23,417 nucleotides of DNA, taken from Casimicrobiaceae bacterium. GTDB taxonomy: Bacteria > Pseudomonadota > Gammaproteobacteria > Burkholderiales > Casimicrobiaceae. The stretch lies in contig DAISYG010000025.1 in assembly GCA_036825435.1 (NCBI GenBank), positions 1-23,417 of the forward strand. Direction: 5' to 3'. Shown piece by piece: positions 1-9,396 of this stretch. Positions within the stretch are counted from its first letter, which is position 1; every line of letters starts with the position of its first letter. The notes under the pieces are model-generated. The model ran no database searches. It was not told the DNA's origin and saw only the letters and a program-made list of their open reading frames with translations. Made by a program: the position numbers and the translations under genes.

Positions 1-333
1 CAACTGAACTCAAGAGACTGAGTGGACCCTTTTCCATACCTAGCCATCTAAAATATTTCCAAGTTGGACATTTTAAGGATTTTCCTATACCAGACGTGTA
101 CCGCAGATTTGTTATCAAGAAATTACGAAATTTCATACGCATAAGTCCAATATAGAAGTTAAAAATTAATGGAAAATATACGATAACCTTGTTTTTGGTA
201 TTGTTGATAATTGCATTTCGTTCATTTATATTTTTTCAGCTTATATTATTAAAATAAGCAATAAGTACCGGAACAGAAAGCCTTCACGGTCTTCTGCTCT
301 GTATTGAACCCATCCCTTTGAAGGAGTTTAGAA

Positions 334-606
334 ATGAAGAAATTCATCGTTGCTGTATTCATTGCTTTATTCTCTCTCAGCGTATTTGCTGCGGTTGATA
401 TCAACACGGCCACCAAGGAAGAGTTGCAAACCTTGTCAGGCGTCGGTCCGGAAAAGGCACAAGCCATTATTGATTACCGCACTGAAAACGGCCCGTTCAA
501 AACGACCGATGATCTCACCAAAGTACGCGGTTTCGGCGAGAAAACAGTAGAAAATTTGAAACCGTCCATTTCGGTTTCAAGCGAAACCAAGACCGCCAAA
601 AAGTAA
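334..606 (+). CDS. comEA: ComEA-type competence protein: small periplasmic helix-hairpin-helix DNA-binding / DNA-uptake receptor. It has a signal peptide followed by an HhH domain.
   Basis: 90 aa. N-terminal signal peptide MKKFIVAVFIALFSLSVFA. HhH motif region DINTATKEELQTLSGVGPEKAQAIIDYRTENGPFKTTDDLTKVRGFGEKT, typical of ComEA/ComE1. SD GAAGGAG 8 nt upstream of the ATG. A hairpin terminator lies downstream. Confidence 0.85.
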   Translation: MKKFIVAVFIALFSLSVFAAVDINTATKEELQTLSGVGPEKAQAIIDYRTENGPFKTTDDLTKVRGFGEKTVENLKPSISVSSETKTAKK

Positions 607-651
607 TTTTTGTTCGAGAGCAGTCAAAACAAGTCGTTTTATGCAAAAAAA

Positions 652-677
652 GGGCTACGCAAAAACGTAGCCCTTTT
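652..677. terminator. Rho-independent terminator hairpin. It ends comEA and may also act for the convergent tRNA-fMet.
   Basis: GGGCTACG-caaaaa-CGTAGCCC followed by TTTT. An A-run lies on the other side, so it could work in both directions. Confidence 0.6.
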
Positions 678-684
678 AAAAATT

Positions 685-761
685 TGGTTGCGGGGACAGG
701 ATTTGAACCTGTGACCTTCGGGTTATGAGCCCGACGAGCTGCCAGACTGCTCCACCCCGCG
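685..761 (-). tRNA. Initiator tRNA-fMet (anticodon CAU)
   Basis: The reverse complement reads CGCGGGGTGGAGCAGTCTGGCAGCTCGTCGGGCTCATAACCCGAAGGTCACAGGTTCAAATCCTGTCCCCGCAACCA. It has the C1xA72 mismatch and three consecutive G-C pairs in the anticodon stem (GGGCTCATAACCC) that mark initiator tRNA. It is close to the E. coli fMet tRNA sequence. CCA is encoded. Confidence 0.92.
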
Positions 762-773
762 TCTGAATCGCGG

Positions 774-802
774 ATTATATTCGATCACCCGTTTACGGTC
801 AA
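774..802 (-). promoter_or_regulatory. Sigma70 promoter for tRNA-fMet: TTGACC, 17-nt spacer, TATAAT.
   Basis: The minus strand reads TTGACCGTAAACGGGTGATCGAATATAAT, with about 13 nt between the -10 box and the mature 5' end. An 8-bp inverted repeat GTTTACGG/CCGTAAAC (791-798 and 819-826) overlaps the -35 box. Confidence 0.55.
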
Positions 803-932
803 ATGCCAAACAACGACTCCGTAAACTTATGCGCGTCGTCTCTTCACAACGAAAACAAACGCCACATTTAATGCTTCGTTAATCTTCCGCCACTAATTTG
901 TCATCACTTATCATTCATTTGCGGAGGATTTT

Positions 933-1739
933 ATGTCTATTCGAAATTTTTTCATGGCCATGACCACAGCGCTGATCATTCCACTATCGGCGCATGCACA
1001 AACGACTTCATCGCTGTCGGATTACACCGATATTTGGTGGAATCCTGATACGTCCGGTTGGGGTGTCAACATGGTGCAGTCCGATCAGTTTATTTTTGCG
1101 ACGTTTTTCGTTTACGACGTGGATGGTAACCCGTGCTGGTACGTTGCCGAAATGGATTATCAGAACAATATTTTCAGCGGAAAGATCATCAAAACCAAAA
1201 GCGCGCCTACGCGTGATATCTGGACGCCTGTCAACGTTCAGCGCACAGTTGTCGGCAACGCCGTCTTCACCCCTGAGTCCTCGACAAAGGGCACAATCAC
1301 ACTGACGTTTGACGATGGCGTGGTTTTGACCAAACAAGTCGAACGTCAAACGCTCAAAGCGCCAACCATACAAGAAGAAGAGTCGGCCGTTTACCAGGCA
1401 ACGATCAAAACGAAATATGAAGAAGAAAATCGTGGCAATGATCGCGTATGGTATTCAACGCATACCTCAACGATGCGCTTCACCAAAAACGGCAATCAGG
1501 GAACGTTAAGCTTCACCAACAACGACGGCGTTGATTGTCAGATTACCGGACCACTCGAAGTCAAAGGACGGAAATACGAGATCGACGATGATTTCGGTCG
1601 TTACACCTGCAGCAACGGCTACAGCGCCAAAGGCGAGCTTGATTTGCAATTTACGTCCAGCGGCGGCATGGTCGGCTCTTGGGAAACCGAATATCGGAAC
1701 TATGAAGAAGAAGCACATTTCACTGCAATCAAACAATGA
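933..1739 (+). CDS. Hypothetical secreted protein of 268 aa. It has a cleavable signal peptide and two internally repeated beta-rich halves.
   Basis: SD GGAGG lies 7 nt upstream. Signal peptide MSIRNFFMAMTTALIIPLSAHA-QT. Repeated motifs GTITLTFDDG, GTLSFTNNDG and GELDLQFTSSGG suggest a duplicated domain. I recognise no family. A terminator follows. Confidence 0.6.
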   Translation: MSIRNFFMAMTTALIIPLSAHAQTTSSLSDYTDIWWNPDTSGWGVNMVQSDQFIFATFFVYDVDGNPCWYVAEMDYQNNIFSGKIIKTKSAPTRDIWTPVNVQRTVVGNAVFTPESSTKGTITLTFDDGVVLTKQVERQTLKAPTIQEEESAVYQATIKTKYEEENRGNDRVWYSTHTSTMRFTKNGNQGTLSFTNNDGVDCQITGPLEVKGRKYEIDDDFGRYTCSNGYSAKGELDLQFTSSGGMVGSWETEYRNYEEEAHFTAIKQ

Positions 1740-1760
1740 AAACATTATCACCGAGAAAAA

Positions 1761-1787
1761 CCTGCCTGTTTCAAGGCAGGTTTTTTT
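1761..1787. terminator. Bidirectional rho-independent terminator between the hypothetical gene (+) and the sensor kinase gene (-).
   Basis: CCTGCC-tgtttcaa-GGCAGG followed by TTTTTTT. An A-run (AAAAA) precedes it on the + strand. Confidence 0.65.
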
Positions 1788-1798
1788 ATTTGATGGCT

Positions 1799-3166
1799 TT
1801 ATTGGTCAAAAGACAATGTTGCGCTAAACCCACCATCAGAACGGTTGCTCGCACGGAATGTAAAACCATGCAGTTCGGCAATCCGCTTGACGATCGAAAG
1901 GCCCAAACCACTGCCTGTTTGTGTCTGCCCGGGCGGACGGAAGAAACGCTCTTCAAGACGATCGAGATATTCCGATGCAACGCCGGGACCGTCATCGTCA
2001 ACGCGAATGCCTTCGTGCGAAAGATGAACGACGATTTCGCCGCCGTCGTGAATATAGTGTGCTGCATTATCCACCAGGTTGCGCAACAACAGCGTCAGCA
2101 AAACCGAATTACCATTCAGTACAGGTGGCGGTGAAACCTCTTCAAATCGCAACACGATGTGTCGTTTATCGGCAAACGGTTTCACTTCAGCAAACACCGA
2201 TTCAACAATGGCGCGCCAGTCAATCGGTTCGGCGTCCTGAACCTCTCGCAAAGAATCCAGCCGTGATAAAGCCAATAATTGCTCGACGAGACGTGTCGCA
2301 CGATCAATTCCGATGATCAATTGATTCAGCGCATGGTTACGCGCCTCGTCATCATCACCGGCAAGTTGCGCGACTTCGGCCTGAACGCGTAGCGCGGAAA
2401 GTGGCGTGCGCAACTCATGCGAAGCATCCGCGGTGAAACGACGCTCATGAACCAGCGCATCGGCCATATGCTGAAAAAGCTTGTTCAATGCCCGCACCAA
2501 CGGTTGAACTTCGGTTGGCACACGGTCGGGAGCAATTGGTGTGGCATCGCCTGGATTTCGGTTCGGCAATTCTCTTGCTACTGCACGCAGCGGAGAAAGT
2601 TCGCGGCTGATCAGCCAAACAATCGCAATCAACATCAAAGGCAACGTTAACAACCATGGTAAAAGAGTTGTGGCAATCAGTCCCAGCGTCAAATCCTGTC
2701 GGAATTCCAACTCCTGGCCAACCACGATGCGGAAACGTCCATCCTGAGACGTCAGATAGAAAAAACGCCAAAGCTCATCTTCGTCATCATCGTCGTCACG
2801 TAAATAATTGTTAATGAAGCCGTTGATCGAAGTACTGAATGGTATGAACCGTCCTTTGTCACCATCGTTGAGAAACATCTGTCCATCAAGGGAAAAAACG
2901 GCAAAAGCCAGGGCGTCATCTTCTTCCTCGCCCTCATCGCCTTCCTCTATAACATGTGATGTTTTGGGTAAACTAAACGATCGATTCTGAAACAACGCAT
3001 CAAGGTCGGCATACGCCAGACTCTTGGCAAAAAGTATTTGCTGTGTATCGAACAGTTCATTAAGCGCATGACGCGTTTGAAAATAAGAAACCGCGCTGAT
3101 CACCAACCAAATAATCAGAGCGACGGCTGAAAAGAAAACCGTCAGACGCAAACGAAGGCTTTTCAC
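1799..3166 (-). CDS. Two-component sensor histidine kinase of the BasS/QseC/PmrB type. It has two TM segments, a periplasmic sensor domain with poly-acidic tracts, and HAMP, HisKA and HATPase_c domains.
   Basis: 455 aa. H-box [14 protein letters not shown]1 [17 protein letters not shown] and TM2 [24 protein letters not shown]. Periplasmic acidic stretches [11 protein letters not shown] and DDDDDEDE. C-terminal G-boxes DDDGPGV and GSGLGLSIV. It overlaps the upstream response-regulator gene by 4 nt (ATGA). Confidence 0.9.
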   Translation of the reverse strand: MKSLRLRLTVFFSAVALIIWLVISAVSYFQTRHALNELFDTQQILFAKSLAYADLDALFQNRSFSLPKTSHVIEEGDEGEEEDDALAFAVFSLDGQMFLNDGDKGRFIPFSTSINGFINNYLRDDDDDEDELWRFFYLTSQDGRFRIVVGQELEFRQDLTLGLIATTLLPWLLTLPLMLIAIVWLISRELSPLRAVARELPNRNPGDATPIAPDRVPTEVQPLVRALNKLFQHMADALVHERRFTADASHELRTPLSALRVQAEVAQLAGDDDEARNHALNQLIIGIDRATRLVEQLLALSRLDSLREVQDAEPIDWRAIVESVFAEVKPFADKRHIVLRFEEVSPPPVLNGNSVLLTLLLRNLVDNAAHYIHDGGEIVVHLSHEGIRVDDDGPGVASEYLDRLEERFFRPPGQTQTGSGLGLSIVKRIAELHGFTFRASNRSDGGFSATLSFDQ

Positions 3167-3840
3167 GACTGATGCTCCTGAGGAACTTCATCCAGAACAT
3201 AACCGATGCCGCGCACCGTGCGAATAACCTGATTACCCAGCTTTCGGCGCAGATGATGAATATGAACATCAATCGCGTTGCTCTCGATTTCGCTTTCCCA
3301 GTTGTACAGTTTTTCAATGATCATTTCGCGCGGCAATACTCGTCCTTTGTTCTGCATGAAAAGTTCGAGCAGCGCCAACTCGCGTGCCGCCAGCACCACC
3401 GGCATTCCGTGGTGTGTGACCGTGCGGGAGGCCGGATCAAACGTCAGCGCACCACATTGCAACACGGCGGTCGCTTCCCCGTGCCGTCGCCGAATCAGGG
3501 CGTTAAGCCGCGCTACCAATTCACTCAGCGCAAATGGTTTGACCAGATAATCATCGGCGCCCGCGTTAAGCCCGGCGACACGTTGATCCAACGCGTCGCG
3601 CGCGGTCAGGATCAGCACGGGAACATCTTGCTTATCCTGTCGCCATCGCGCCAGCACATCCATGCCGTCGAGCCCTGGCAGACCGAGATCAAGCACTACC
3701 GCGTCGTAAGGGGCAGACGCAAGCGCCTTTTGTCCGGCAATACCATCACGAAACCAATCCACGGCAAAACCGTACCGGAACAAGCCCGCTTTGAGACCAT
3801 CACCGATCAGCGGATCATCTTCCAAAAGCAGGATGCGCAT
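3163..3840 (-). CDS. OmpR/PhoB-family response regulator (BasR/QseB/PmrA-like)
   Basis: 225 aa. Receiver motifs [29 protein letters not shown] and [14 protein letters not shown]-terminal winged helix [12 protein letters not shown]. It is translationally coupled to the kinase gene. Confidence 0.9.
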   Translation of the reverse strand: MRILLLEDDPLIGDGLKAGLFRYGFAVDWFRDGIAGQKALASAPYDAVVLDLGLPGLDGMDVLARWRQDKQDVPVLILTARDALDQRVAGLNAGADDYLVKPFALSELVARLNALIRRRHGEATAVLQCGALTFDPASRTVTHHGMPVVLAARELALLELFMQNKGRVLPREMIIEKLYNWESEIESNAIDVHIHHLRRKLGNQVIRTVRGIGYVLDEVPQEHQS

Positions 3841-3860
3841 GATGGTTTATTCGCTCGCTA

Positions 3861-4142
3861 TTATTTGTCCGGGCGAGAATGAATCAACGCCCCGTCAGCG
3901 TCGTTGAAATACACTTTGACGCGTCGCTTTTCCTTATCATAGCCTTCGATCTTGTAGCAATTATGTTCATACTCGAATTCGCGTACTTGATAGCCATCTT
4001 GCTCCAGTTTGAGGAAAAATGACGACAACAACATCGGTTGCGCCGCAGGTGCTTTGTTGCAATAGCGATCATCGTCGGCAAATGCGGGCGTCGCCAGAAA
4101 AGAAGCGGCGATGATGATCGGAAGAATGAGATGCTTTTTCAT
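3861..4142 (-). CDS. PepSY-domain periplasmic protein, first gene of the two-component operon.
   Basis: 93 aa. Signal peptide MKKHLILPIIIAASFLATPAFA. A YEHNCYKIEGYDKEKRRVKVYFNDADGALI PepSY-like core. SD AGGAG 7 nt upstream. Its stop codon lies 20 nt from the response-regulator start. Confidence 0.7.
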   Translation of the reverse strand: MKKHLILPIIIAASFLATPAFADDDRYCNKAPAAQPMLLSSFFLKLEQDGYQVREFEYEHNCYKIEGYDKEKRRVKVYFNDADGALIHSRPDK

Positions 4143-4205
4143 GTGATAACTCCTGTTCTTTGATTTTGGGAGACTTTCCCTGCGACAAATAATCGCCGAG
4201 AGAAA

Positions 4206-4221
4206 TTAACGCAATATTAAC
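4206..4221 (-). promoter_or_regulatory. Candidate response-regulator binding site: direct repeat TTAAC-N6-TTAAC with 11-bp periodicity, upstream of pepSY.
   Basis: The + strand reads TTAACgcaataTTAAC (4206-4221), about 65-80 nt upstream of the pepSY ATG. PmrA/QseB-type regulators bind direct YTTAA-type half-sites spaced one helical turn apart. A GATTAT -10-like hexamer lies about 11 nt downstream on the minus strand. Confidence 0.3.
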
Positions 4222-4373
4222 ATGAGGCGGTCATGTGCCAGAACGTAACGACTTGCCGAAGACAAGAGAAGAATACCGATGAGAAGAAAACTCAATTCGT
4301 GTAAAGCAGCGCGCAATAAATGGCGCCGTTTTCAATTTGATGAAATGCTCAGGTGGCGTTGGAAAAAATCGAC

Positions 4374-4464
4374 TGGCGGAGAGAGCGGGATTCGAACCCG
4401 CGTCAGGGTATTCCCCTGAACACGCTTTCCAGGCGTGCGATTTAAACCACTCATCCATCTCTCC
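4374..4464 (-). tRNA. tRNA-Ser (anticodon GGA)
   Basis: The reverse complement reads GGAGAGATGGATGAGTGGTTTAAATCGCACGCCTGGAAAGCGTGTTCAGGGGAATACCCTGACGCGGGTTCGAATCCCGCTCTCTCCGCCA. It has a long variable arm, anticodon loop CTGGAAA, and a perfect 7-bp acceptor stem. CCA is encoded. Confidence 0.9.
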
Positions 4465-4590
4465 GCGGCAGGGCTTGGCATTGTACCGCAGCCCGTTCGC
4501 CATTTCCAACGAATCGCAGGTAATTTCCGCGAATTTTCGCCTTTTCCGCTGATCACACCATTTTTTCGCTCTCAAAGCTTGCCGATACAC

Positions 4591-4620
4591 TTGGAAAGAA
4601 TGCACGCTTTGTTTTATAGT
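4591..4620 (+). promoter_or_regulatory. Possible sigma70 promoter for the membrane-protein gene: TTGGAA, 18-nt spacer, TATAGT.
   Basis: The hexamers lie about 60 nt upstream of the ATG at 4680. The match to consensus is weak, so confidence is low. Confidence 0.25.
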
Positions 4621-4679
4621 GTCGTCTTTCATGTCATGATGTTTCGCCCATTTTTTCACGGAAATCACAAGGTTATCGC

Positions 4680-5960
4680 ATGAACCCCACCACCATGCAG
4701 ATTATCGCCACGACGCTTTTTGGTCTGGCGGTCATCCATACATTCTCATCCAGTTTCATTGCGGGTCTGGGACATCGCTTCCCGGTGCACGCGGGAATGT
4801 GGCATCTGCTGGGTGAGGTCGAGGTTGTTTTCGGCCTGTGGGCAGGCGTCATGATGGTGGTGATGTTCATTCACCTCGGCAACAAGGAAGCGCTTGCCTA
4901 TATCGAAGGGCGTAACTTCACCGAACCGCTGTTCGTGTTCTCGATCATGGTGGTGGCGGCGAGCCGTCCGATCACGCGGTCGGTGCGAGACGTAGTGCGC
5001 TGGCTGGCGAGAAAATTATCAAAACCGCTACCATTGGAAGAATCGCTAATCCTTTATTTTTTGACAATGTCGGTGATTCCGCTGTTCGGTTCATTCATCA
5101 CCGAGCCTGCGGCGATGACTCTGGCGGCATTGATGTTGCGCGACACATTTTTATCGCAAGCGATGCCCGCGCGCGTGAAATACCTCACGCTCGGCGTATT
5201 GTTTGTGAATATTTCCATCGGCGGCGCGTTAACGCCTTACGCAGCACCACCCATTCTGATGGTCGCCGGTCAGTGGAATTGGGATTTGACCTTCATGATC
5301 ACCACATTCGGCTGGCGTTCTCTGATTGCCGTCATTCTGAACGCGTTGATCGTCAGCTACATTTGCCGCAAAGATATTCCGCGCCACGCAACCATCGTGA
5401 TCTCCAAGGAAACGCACATTCCGCTGATCATCACCATCATCCATTTCATTTTTCTCGCCGCGATTGTTGTCTTTGCGCATCATCCGGTTATTTTCATTCC
5501 GCTCCTGCTGTTCTTTCTGGGTCTCGCCGCCGCCTACCCGCAGTTTCAGAACCGCATGATGATGCTACGCGAGAGCATGCTCGTCGCGTTCTTCCTCGGT
5601 GGCTTGGTCGTGCTTGGCGGCATGCAGGCTTGGTGGCTTCAGGATGTTCTTGGCGGCATGTCACCACAGGCATTATTTTGGGGCGCGACGGCTTTGACCG
5701 CGATCACCGACAATGCGGCGCTGACGTATCTCGGCTCATTGGTGGAAGGCACCGACGCCGCGTTCAAATATTCGCTGGTGTCCGGCGCGATTGTCGGTGG
5801 TGGTTTGACCGTCATCGCCAACGCGCCCAACCCTGCCGGTATCGCCATTCTGAAAAACCGTTTCGAAGACGATTCTGTCAATCCGTTAAAACTTTTCCTG
5901 GCCGCACTTGGTCCCACATTATTAGCCGCCATCATGTTTCTCCTGCCGTTCGGGCGGTAA
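4680..5960 (+). CDS. Polytopic inner-membrane transport protein (about 11-12 predicted TM segments). I assign it to no family; it may be an ion-transporter/permease.
   Basis: 426 aa and extremely hydrophobic throughout, with conserved-looking segments TEPAAMTLAALML and AITDNAALTYLGSLVEGT. SD AAGG upstream. The numerous overlapping ORFs in other frames are artefacts. Confidence 0.7.
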   Translation: MNPTTMQIIATTLFGLAVIHTFSSSFIAGLGHRFPVHAGMWHLLGEVEVVFGLWAGVMMVVMFIHLGNKEALAYIEGRNFTEPLFVFSIMVVAASRPITRSVRDVVRWLARKLSKPLPLEESLILYFLTMSVIPLFGSFITEPAAMTLAALMLRDTFLSQAMPARVKYLTLGVLFVNISIGGALTPYAAPPILMVAGQWNWDLTFMITTFGWRSLIAVILNALIVSYICRKDIPRHATIVISKETHIPLIITIIHFIFLAAIVVFAHHPVIFIPLLLFFLGLAAAYPQFQNRMMMLRESMLVAFFLGGLVVLGGMQAWWLQDVLGGMSPQALFWGATALTAITDNAALTYLGSLVEGTDAAFKYSLVSGAIVGGGLTVIANAPNPAGIAILKNRFEDDSVNPLKLFLAALGPTLLAAIMFLLPFGR

Positions 5961-5984
5961 ACTTTTATTGGTTTGAACATCGAC

Positions 5985-8270
5985 ATGTCCAACGAAAATT
6001 TCCGTAAAGCTGCGCTTTTCTACCACCGTCAACCCACCGCCGGAAAAATTGAAGTCGTGCCCAGTAAAGCGCTGGTCACACAACGCGATCTGGCGCTCGC
6101 GTATACGCCCGGTGTCGCTGCCGCGTGCGAAGAAATCGTGCGTGCGCCGGAAGAAGCGCGTACGCTCACCGCTCGCGGCAACCTGATCGCCGTGGTGACC
6201 AACGGCACCGCCGTGCTCGGCTTGGGTAATATCGGCCCGCTCGCGGGTAAGCCTGTGATGGAAGGCAAAGCCGTGTTGTTCAAAAACTTCGCCGGTGTCG
6301 ATTGTTTCGATCTGGAACTGGACGAACCCGACCCGCAAAAAATGGTGGACATGATCTGCGCGATGGAGCCGACCTTCGGCGGCATCAATCTGGAAGACAT
6401 CAAAGCGCCGGAGTGTTTCTACATCGAAGAGCAATGCCGTCAACGGATGAAGATCCCCGTTTTTCACGACGATCAGCATGGCACGGCGATTATCGTCGGC
6501 GCTGCAATCATCAACGGTTTGCGCGTGGTGGAAAAAGATATCAAGGATGTGCGCATCGTCTGTTCGGGCGCCGGTGCGGCGGGCTTGGCGTGTCTGAAAA
6601 TGCTTGAACTGTTGGGTGCAAAAAAAGAAAATATTTGGTTGTGTGATATTCACGGTATCGTGTATGAAGGACGCACTGTCGACATGAATCCGCTGCGCGA
6701 ACATTATGCGCAGAAAACCGATAAACGCACGTTGCAGGAAGCGCTGGATGGCGCAGATGTATTCCTCGGTTTATCGGCGGCGCGCGTCGTGCAAAAGGAA
6801 TGGTTGCCGACGATGGCGGAAAAACCGCTCGTGTTTGCGTTGGCGAATCCCGAGCCGGAAATTCTTCCCGAATTGGTGAAGGAAGTGCGCCCCGATGCGG
6901 TGATCGCCACTGGGCGTTCCGATTACCCCAATCAAGTCAACAACGTTTTGTGTTTTCCGTTCATTTTCCGTGGTGCGCTCGACGTCGGCGCCACGCAAAT
7001 CAACGATGAAATGAAAATTGCGTCGGTGTACGCCATTGCCGACTTGGCGATGGCCGAGCAATCCGACATCGTTGAAGCGGCATACAACATCGAAGACCTC
7101 AATTTCGGTCCCGAATATTTGATTCCCAAGCCGTTCGATCCGCGCTTGATTCTGCAAATTGCGCCAGCAGTCGCCAAGGCTGCGATGGATACCGGCGTCG
7201 CCACACATCCGATTACCGACTTCGAAGCGTATCAAGAGAAACTGCTCGCGTTTGTTTATCACTCCGGCTTCATGATGAAGCCGGTGTTTGACGCAGCACG
7301 CGCAACACGTCGTCGCATCGTGTTGGCGGAAGGCGAAGAAGAACGCATGTTGCGCGCCGCGCAAATCATCCGTGACGACAAGATGTGCGACCTGACGCTG
7401 ATCGGTCGCACCGAAGTGATCGAACGTCGCATCAAACGCCTCGGCTTGCGCATTCGTCCCGGCAAAGACTTCGAAATCATCGATATTGAAAAAGACAAGC
7501 GCTTCGATGAAATCTGCGAAGAATATTATTCATTGACGCAACGCAAAGGCGTCACACCCGCCTATGCCAAACTGGAAGTGCGTCGTCGCCCGACGCTGAT
7601 CGGCTCAATGGCAATCCGACGCGGCGAAGCAGACGGCATGGTCTGCGGGCTGGTCACCGAATACATGCGTCATCTGCGCTATATTGATCAGATCATTGGC
7701 GCCAGACCCGGCGTCAAAACCTACGCGGCAATGAACGCCGTGATGCTGAAAAACCAAACCCTGTTCATCACCGACACCTACATCAACCGCGAACCAAGCG
7801 CCGAAGAGTTGGCGGAAATCACGTTGATGGCGGCCGAAGAAGTGCGCAGTTTCGGCATCGAACCCAAAGTCGCGCTGCTCTCGCATTCAAATTTCGGCAC
7901 CAGCGATTGGCCAACGGCGAAAAAAATGCGCGACACGTTGACGCTGGTGCAACAACTCGCGCCCGATCTCGAAATCGAAGGCGAAATTCAGGGCGATGCC
8001 GCGCTCAGCGAAGAAGTGCGCGCACGCGTTTTCCCCAACGCCCGTATCTCGGGTGCGGCCAATTTGTTGGTGATGCCCGGCATCGACTCTGCCAACATTT
8101 CATTCAATCTGTTGAAAATTACCGGTAGCAGTAATGTCACGATTGGTCCGGTTCTGCTCGGCGTCAGCCGCCCCATTCATATCCTGACGCCGTCCGCCAC
8201 GGTGCGCCGCATTGTCAACATGGCGGCACTGGCCGCCGCACAGGCTAATCTTCACGCAGAATTCAATTGA
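5985..8270 (+). CDS. maeB: NADP-dependent malic enzyme (malate dehydrogenase, oxaloacetate-decarboxylating). The malic-enzyme domain is fused to a C-terminal phosphotransacetylase-like domain.
   Basis: Collinear with E. coli MaeB over the full length. Examples: [76 protein letters not shown]. The ORF track starts at TTG 5973, but the ATG at 5985 ([11 protein letters not shown]) aligns with the MaeB N-terminus. Confidence 0.95.
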   Translation: MSNENFRKAALFYHRQPTAGKIEVVPSKALVTQRDLALAYTPGVAAACEEIVRAPEEARTLTARGNLIAVVTNGTAVLGLGNIGPLAGKPVMEGKAVLFKNFAGVDCFDLELDEPDPQKMVDMICAMEPTFGGINLEDIKAPECFYIEEQCRQRMKIPVFHDDQHGTAIIVGAAIINGLRVVEKDIKDVRIVCSGAGAAGLACLKMLELLGAKKENIWLCDIHGIVYEGRTVDMNPLREHYAQKTDKRTLQEALDGADVFLGLSAARVVQKEWLPTMAEKPLVFALANPEPEILPELVKEVRPDAVIATGRSDYPNQVNNVLCFPFIFRGALDVGATQINDEMKIASVYAIADLAMAEQSDIVEAAYNIEDLNFGPEYLIPKPFDPRLILQIAPAVAKAAMDTGVATHPITDFEAYQEKLLAFVYHSGFMMKPVFDAARATRRRIVLAEGEEERMLRAAQIIRDDKMCDLTLIGRTEVIERRIKRLGLRIRPGKDFEIIDIEKDKRFDEICEEYYSLTQRKGVTPAYAKLEVRRRPTLIGSMAIRRGEADGMVCGLVTEYMRHLRYIDQIIGARPGVKTYAAMNAVMLKNQTLFITDTYINREPSAEELAEITLMAAEEVRSFGIEPKVALLSHSNFGTSDWPTAKKMRDTLTLVQQLAPDLEIEGEIQGDAALSEEVRARVFPNARISGAANLLVMPGIDSANISFNLLKITGSSNVTIGPVLLGVSRPIHILTPSATVRRIVNMAALAAAQANLHAEFN

Positions 8271-8437
8271 TGCGTACGACGTGTGACGCGAATCACTCGC
8301 AAAACCATGCTCTGGACGATGTTACAGCCAATCACAAACCCCGCTTCCATTGTGGCGCGCGTTGCCTGACAATAAGAACTCCGTAGATTGTTAGAGACAG
8401 CCTTGTTGTCTCAGTGTATTTTTTTGGTTGCGACACA

Positions 8438-9346
8438 ATGACTTCTTTCGCGCTTTATCTTTTCATCGTTGTGGCGGTATTGATGACGGTTCTGGCACTG
8501 GCTTGGATCGGTCCCCGTCTTTTTTCCGCACCGGAGCTCGAACCTTCCGTCGATGAAAACACGTCCAACCTGCTCGTCTATCAAGACGAACTTGCCCAAC
8601 TCGATCGTGAGTTTTCCCTAGGCAATATTTCCCAAAAAGATTTTGAAGAAGCGCGCACGGAATTAAGCAAACGGATGCTCTCTGAAGTGGATGATAAAGA
8701 CGACGTGAAATCGCGCGCGCCGCTGTCGCATTGTCTTTCCTCTGCTACTCAAAAAATCGGGCTGGTGGTGATGGGGCTGGTGCCGGTGCTCGCCGCGGGT
8801 TTGTATCTGCATATCGGCAACATCCAGATGTTTACGGTCATGAAAGATGAATCCGGCGGCGGTCAAACCATCTCGCAACAACTGCGCGCACATCTTGCTG
8901 CCAATCCCGAAGACGCGCGCGCTTGGGTGTTTCTCGGTCGCGCCGAAATGGAAGCCAATCATTTCAACGAAGCAACGACCGCGTTCGAAAAAGCCATTGC
9001 CGCATCCGGCAAAGTAGCGAACGACGCAACCGTTCTTTGCGAATTGGCCGAAGCGATCGGTATGCGTCAAGGTGGCACGTTCCGCGGTCGTCCACATGAG
9101 CTCGTCAAACAAGCGCTGGAATTGGCGCCAGGCAACCCGGTCGCTCTGGAAATGGCGGGCAGTGCTGCTTACGAATCGCACGATTACAAAACTGCTGCGC
9201 GCCATTGGCGGGCTTTGCGCGACATGCTTGCGCCTGATTCCCGTTCCTACCAAGAGCTGAGCGTTGCCATTGCTCGCGCCGAAGCGGAAATCGAAGAAGA
9301 AGCGGACGCACCAACCAGCACGGCTGCCGTAAAACTGACTCCGTAG
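8438..9346 (+). CDS. CcmI/CycH-like TPR membrane protein: an N-terminal TM anchor followed by TPR repeats.
   Basis: TM segment ALYLFIVVAVLMTVLALAWIGP. This is followed by the CcmI-characteristic LVYQDELAQLDREFSLGNISQKDFEEARTELSKRML segment and TPR repeats (ARAWVFLGRAEMEANHFNEATTAFEKAI). The ATG at 8438 is preferred over the GTG at 8414 given by the ORF track, because the maeB terminator hairpin overlaps 8414. Confidence 0.6.
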   Translation: MTSFALYLFIVVAVLMTVLALAWIGPRLFSAPELEPSVDENTSNLLVYQDELAQLDREFSLGNISQKDFEEARTELSKRMLSEVDDKDDVKSRAPLSHCLSSATQKIGLVVMGLVPVLAAGLYLHIGNIQMFTVMKDESGGGQTISQQLRAHLAANPEDARAWVFLGRAEMEANHFNEATTAFEKAIAASGKVANDATVLCELAEAIGMRQGGTFRGRPHELVKQALELAPGNPVALEMAGSAAYESHDYKTAARHWRALRDMLAPDSRSYQELSVAIARAEAEIEEEADAPTSTAAVKLTP

Positions 9347-9396
9347 TCCCGCGTTGCCGCGTCCACCTTTGGGTTGATACATACAGGGAAAAACAA

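Noticed and set aside
4231-4683. ORFs of 145, 74, 71 and 82 aa overlapping the tRNA-Ser region
   Set aside because: They overlap a canonical tRNA-Ser(GGA) gene and its flanks and have no RBS. They are artefacts.
5922-6704. Long minus-strand ORF (260 aa) antisense to maeB. Similar antisense or alternative-frame ORFs: 8663..9415 (-), 11155..12231 (+), 15627..16796 (+), 3172..3882 (+), 5273..6007 (+), 13932..14441 (+).
   Set aside because: Each lies wholly within a gene that has strong full-length homology on the other strand or frame. They have odd composition (His/Arg-rich), no SD and no recognisable motifs. They are typical GC-rich shadow ORFs.
8414-8437. GTG start at 8414 for the CcmI-like gene, as given in the ORF track
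   Set aside because: The maeB terminator hairpin and its T-run (8394-8425) overlap this start. The ATG at 8438 begins a typical N-terminal TM anchor (MTSFALYLFIVVAV...).
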